Source of the DNA: Enterococcus sulfureus ATCC 49903 | Lineage (GTDB): Bacteria; Bacillota; Bacilli; Lactobacillales; Enterococcaceae | Assembly: GCF_000407605.1 (NCBI RefSeq) | Contig: NZ_ASWO01000005.1 | Coordinates: 563,227 to 627,226, forward strand | Length of the DNA stretch: 64,000 nt | Direction: 5' to 3' | Shown here: piece after piece, positions 61,621 through 64,000 of the stretch | How positions within the stretch are numbered: position 1 is the stretch's first letter | Layout: every line of letters begins with the position of its first letter | Notes under the pieces: generated by a model | The model's database searches: none | What the model saw: the letters and a program-made list of their open reading frames with translations, nothing else | Told to the model about the DNA's origin: nothing | Program-made: the position numbers and the translations under genes

Positions 61621-62430
61621 TTACAGTACATCAGAAAAATGAGGTTTCAATCTTCTGAAGATAGTACTTCCTAATATCAATAAGATAAACGTTACGACCC
61701 AGAAATAAATGGATAACGTTGGATTTTGCCAGAACCATGCGCCACCAAAGAACGCGTCTCGGTATCCTTGAACCACGTAAAATAGCGGGTTAAGTTTTAA
61801 GATAAATTGAATCGTTGGATTCGGAAATTGATTGATACTCCACAATACTGGAGTTCCCCACATTAACGCTTGCATGATAATCGCGATAAATTGATTCACA
61901 TCTGGCACAAATGGTTGAATAGATGCGGTAAACCACGTCAAACCAGTTAAGAAACACATTAATGCAAATAAATAGTAGAAAATTTGCAAGAAGTGTAAAT
62001 TTGGATAAACACCAAACAACATGGATGCAATGAGCGCTACAAGTACGAAGAATCCATGCATATACAAGTTTGACAAAAGCTTCGCAGTAGGTAAGATACG
62101 AATGTTGAATACAACCTTTTTAACTAAATAGCTATATTCACGATATACATTGGTACCCGATCCTAACACATCTGAAAAATAAAACCATGGAACGATCCCT
62201 GTCATCAAGAACAAAATAAAAGGATATTTCCCATCAGTTAACGGTGCTTTCAATCCAATATCAAATACAAACCAATAAGTCAATACAGTTACTAACGGAT
62301 TGGCAAAGGCCCAAAAAATCCCTAATAATGAACCTGCATAACGAGAACGAAAATCGTTAACAGAAAATTGAATCAATAGCTTTTTGTTACGGTAAATATC
62401 TCTACAAAAATAAAACAATTCTTTAAACAT
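61621..62430 (-). CDS. ABC-2 type polysaccharide exporter permease (Wzm/TagG-type)
   Basis: 269 aa, 6 TM, ABC-2 family hallmarks. It lies 11 nt upstream of wzt. Confidence 0.85.
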   Translation of the reverse strand: MFKELFYFCRDIYRNKKLLIQFSVNDFRSRYAGSLLGIFWAFANPLVTVLTYWFVFDIGLKAPLTDGKYPFILFLMTGIVPWFYFSDVLGSGTNVYREYSYLVKKVVFNIRILPTAKLLSNLYMHGFFVLVALIASMLFGVYPNLHFLQIFYYLFALMCFLTGLTWFTASIQPFVPDVNQFIAIIMQALMWGTPVLWSINQFPNPTIQFILKLNPLFYVVQGYRDAFFGGAWFWQNPTLSIYFWVVTFILLILGSTIFRRLKPHFSDVL

Positions 62431-62563
62431 TTACATACCTTCCAAATCATTTAAATTTAGTTCTAACGCTTTGATTTTACAGAAGTTTTTGTTCATTAGC
62501 AAGATAAGGCTAAGAAAAAAGGATTTCCTTCATCAATCTGTTAAGATTTATTAAGGAATCTTT

Positions 62564-62592
62564 ACAAAAAAAAAGTCTGTAAATACAGACTT
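62564..62592 (-). terminator. intrinsic terminator after surface-protein gene
   Basis: AAGTCTGTA TT TACAGACTT followed by T9 on the minus strand. Confidence 0.6.
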
Positions 62593-63010
62593 TTACTTCA
62601 CCGCATACCATGCAATGCCTTCATCTTTCCAACCTTTTTTCACTAATTCATTGGTTTCTTTTAGATTTTGAGTATAATGATGGCTTCCTGCTTTGGCATT
62701 TGGATTATACACTCGATAAAGTGGATGCTTCATTTCAGTAGAAGAATACCAACCGATTCCTTCATCTTTCCAACCTAATTTTACTAAATTATTTTTTTCA
62801 GCTATAGCCAAAGTATAATGATGATCGCCAGAATTCGGATTGTACACTCGATAGACCGGTTTTCCAACTGCAGGTGCGATCCAACCGGTCCCTTCATCTT
62901 TCCAACCAAGTTTCACTAAATTATTTTTTTCATTTTGTTGCATCGTGTAAAAATGCTCTCCTGAATTTGGATTGTATACTCGATACATCGCCATCGAAAC
63001 ATCCGTTCCT
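62593..63010 (-). repeat. three tandem ~135-bp coding repeats (putative cell-wall/glycopolymer-binding modules)
   Basis: Also visible at nucleotide level: cc(a/t)...ccttcatctttccaacc recurs at ~62606, 62745 and 62880. Confidence 0.6.
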
Positions 63011-64000
63011 GAAATCGCAAAATCAGATAATTTCTTCGTTTCGACCACACCATTTTTACGCGTTACAACAACTTCACCTGTATACGTTCCCGTTTGATAT
63101 CCATGATTTTTGATATCTACGATCGCTTGATTGCCATTTTTTGTGGTCGTAGTCGTATAACTATACGCTTTATTTGGTTGATTTTTAGGTTGTACGTTCA
63201 CTTTAACCGATTGTACACTTGCTGCATCATTGGTTTGGACTTGAATCGTTGCTTGTCCATTTTTTTGATTTTGAGTATCAAGTGTAGTAGTAATCTGGAT
63301 CGGTTTGACCGTAAACGTATCCGCACCTACTGATCGCATTTTTCCACTTTTCGTTTTCACATAATCGTGTACATGGTACAAGCCACTATTTTTATGGTTG
63401 CTTACTGGGATTTTTGCCGACCACGTTTTTGTCGCAGTATCCAATACTCCAGGATACCATTTTAGATCATCTTGACCATTTACGTCACTCCATACCGCAA
63501 ATAAAACAGAATCGACCATTTGATTATCTTCTAATTGCAAACTCGCTTGAAACAATGAGCTATCTTTTGACAACTCTTTGACACCGTGTGAAACGACTTT
63601 ATAATTAAACGCAAACGTCGGACCATTGCCTGTAACCGTCGCATATTTTTGCTGCGTATCGATTACCTTTACTTCATATCGATAAGGACCTTCAGAATAC
63701 CCAAAGTTTTTAGCCTCAAATGAAGCCGTGTATTTTCCTTGTGCATTCGGCTGTAACGTTACCGTCTGAACATTTTGTTGATTTTCTGTTGACCAAGCGT
63801 TCACTTGGATTTTTTGTAGCGTTTTATTATTTGCAGCTGCTGCATCAAATGAAATCGTAAATTTCCCAGCTGCATTGTCTGTTACGGCAGTCGTGACATT
63901 CTTGATCACCGGTCCGTCTAATTTAACATCGCTTAATGGTTTTGCAGTTTGTTTATTGTTATTGCCTACTGCATAAACATGCACATGAAATGGATTGTCA
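62593..64000 (-). CDS. secreted/surface protein, C-terminal part (gene continues past window end), with Ig-like beta-rich region and three C-terminal ~45-aa binding repeats
   Basis: ORF open to the window edge. T/N/Q/K-rich beta-strand region followed by YRVYNPNSG.H.YT...E.N.LVK.GWKDEGI.W x3. Confidence 0.65.
   Translation of the reverse strand, partial: DNPFHVHVYAVGNNNKQTAKPLSDVKLDGPVIKNVTTAVTDNAAGKFTISFDAAAANNKTLQKIQVNAWSTENQQNVQTVTLQPNAQGKYTASFEAKNFGYSEGPYRYEVKVIDTQQKYATVTGNGPTFAFNYKVVSHGVKELSKDSSLFQASLQLEDNQMVDSVLFAVWSDVNGQDDLKWYPGVLDTATKTWSAKIPVSNHKNSGLYHVHDYVKTKSGKMRSVGADTFTVKPIQITTTLDTQNQKNGQATIQVQTNDAASVQSVKVNVQPKNQPNKAYSYTTTTTKNGNQAIVDIKNHGYQTGTYTGEVVVTRKNGVVETKKLSDFAISGTDVSMAMYRVYNPNSGEHFYTMQQNEKNNLVKLGWKDEGTGWIAPAVGKPVYRVYNPNSGDHHYTLAIAEKNNLVKLGWKDEGIGWYSSTEMKHPLYRVYNPNAKAGSHHYTQNLKETNELVKKGWKDEGIAWYAVK

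Overview
The window is a 64 kb chromosomal segment of a low-GC Gram-positive bacterium (Lactobacillales, most consistent with Enterococcus). Nearly all of it is coding on the minus strand. I found no phage genes, IS elements, integrase or CRISPR array. From low to high coordinates: the purK/purE start of the pur operon; a guanine-class purine riboswitch controlling xpt-pbuX; and a tightly packed 6-gene operon (8898 down to 2913). That operon encodes a MacB/FtsX-type ABC exporter, an ArAE-family exporter, a hypothetical protein, a membrane-anchored GH73 glucosaminidase and a GlpP-like TIM-barrel protein. Next come nagA, an Rgg-type regulator with a palindromic box and a divergent YkvS-like small gene, an aminotransferase and a solitary tRNA-Leu(GAG). 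Three poorly characterised genes follow, then ppaC, pflA-pflB, parC-parE, plsY, an aldose epimerase, the xerC-hslVU-codY operon, a FemAB-family transferase, nfeD-flotillin, trmFO-topA-dprA, rnhB-rbgA-lepB-ctpA, a yozE-msrA-ypmS-ypmR cluster, degV, hemolysin-III, folA-thyA, an ABC-F ATPase, a Na+/H+ antiporter and a class B PBP. The window ends with a cell-wall polysaccharide module: an LCP ligase, two dual-GT2 glycosyltransferases (one fused to a SAM-methyltransferase and a coiled coil), Wzt and Wzm ABC exporter subunits (Wzt carries a C-terminal extension), and a partial surface protein with three C-terminal ~45-aa repeats. The two candidates I rate highest are the polysaccharide module, read as a WbdD/WbbB-like terminator-ruler-polymerase arrangement, and the mixed exporter/glucosaminidase operon. 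Direct and inverted repeats upstream of the PBP gene and the Rgg box are secondary leads. All functional calls rest on motif recognition by eye; I ran no searches.
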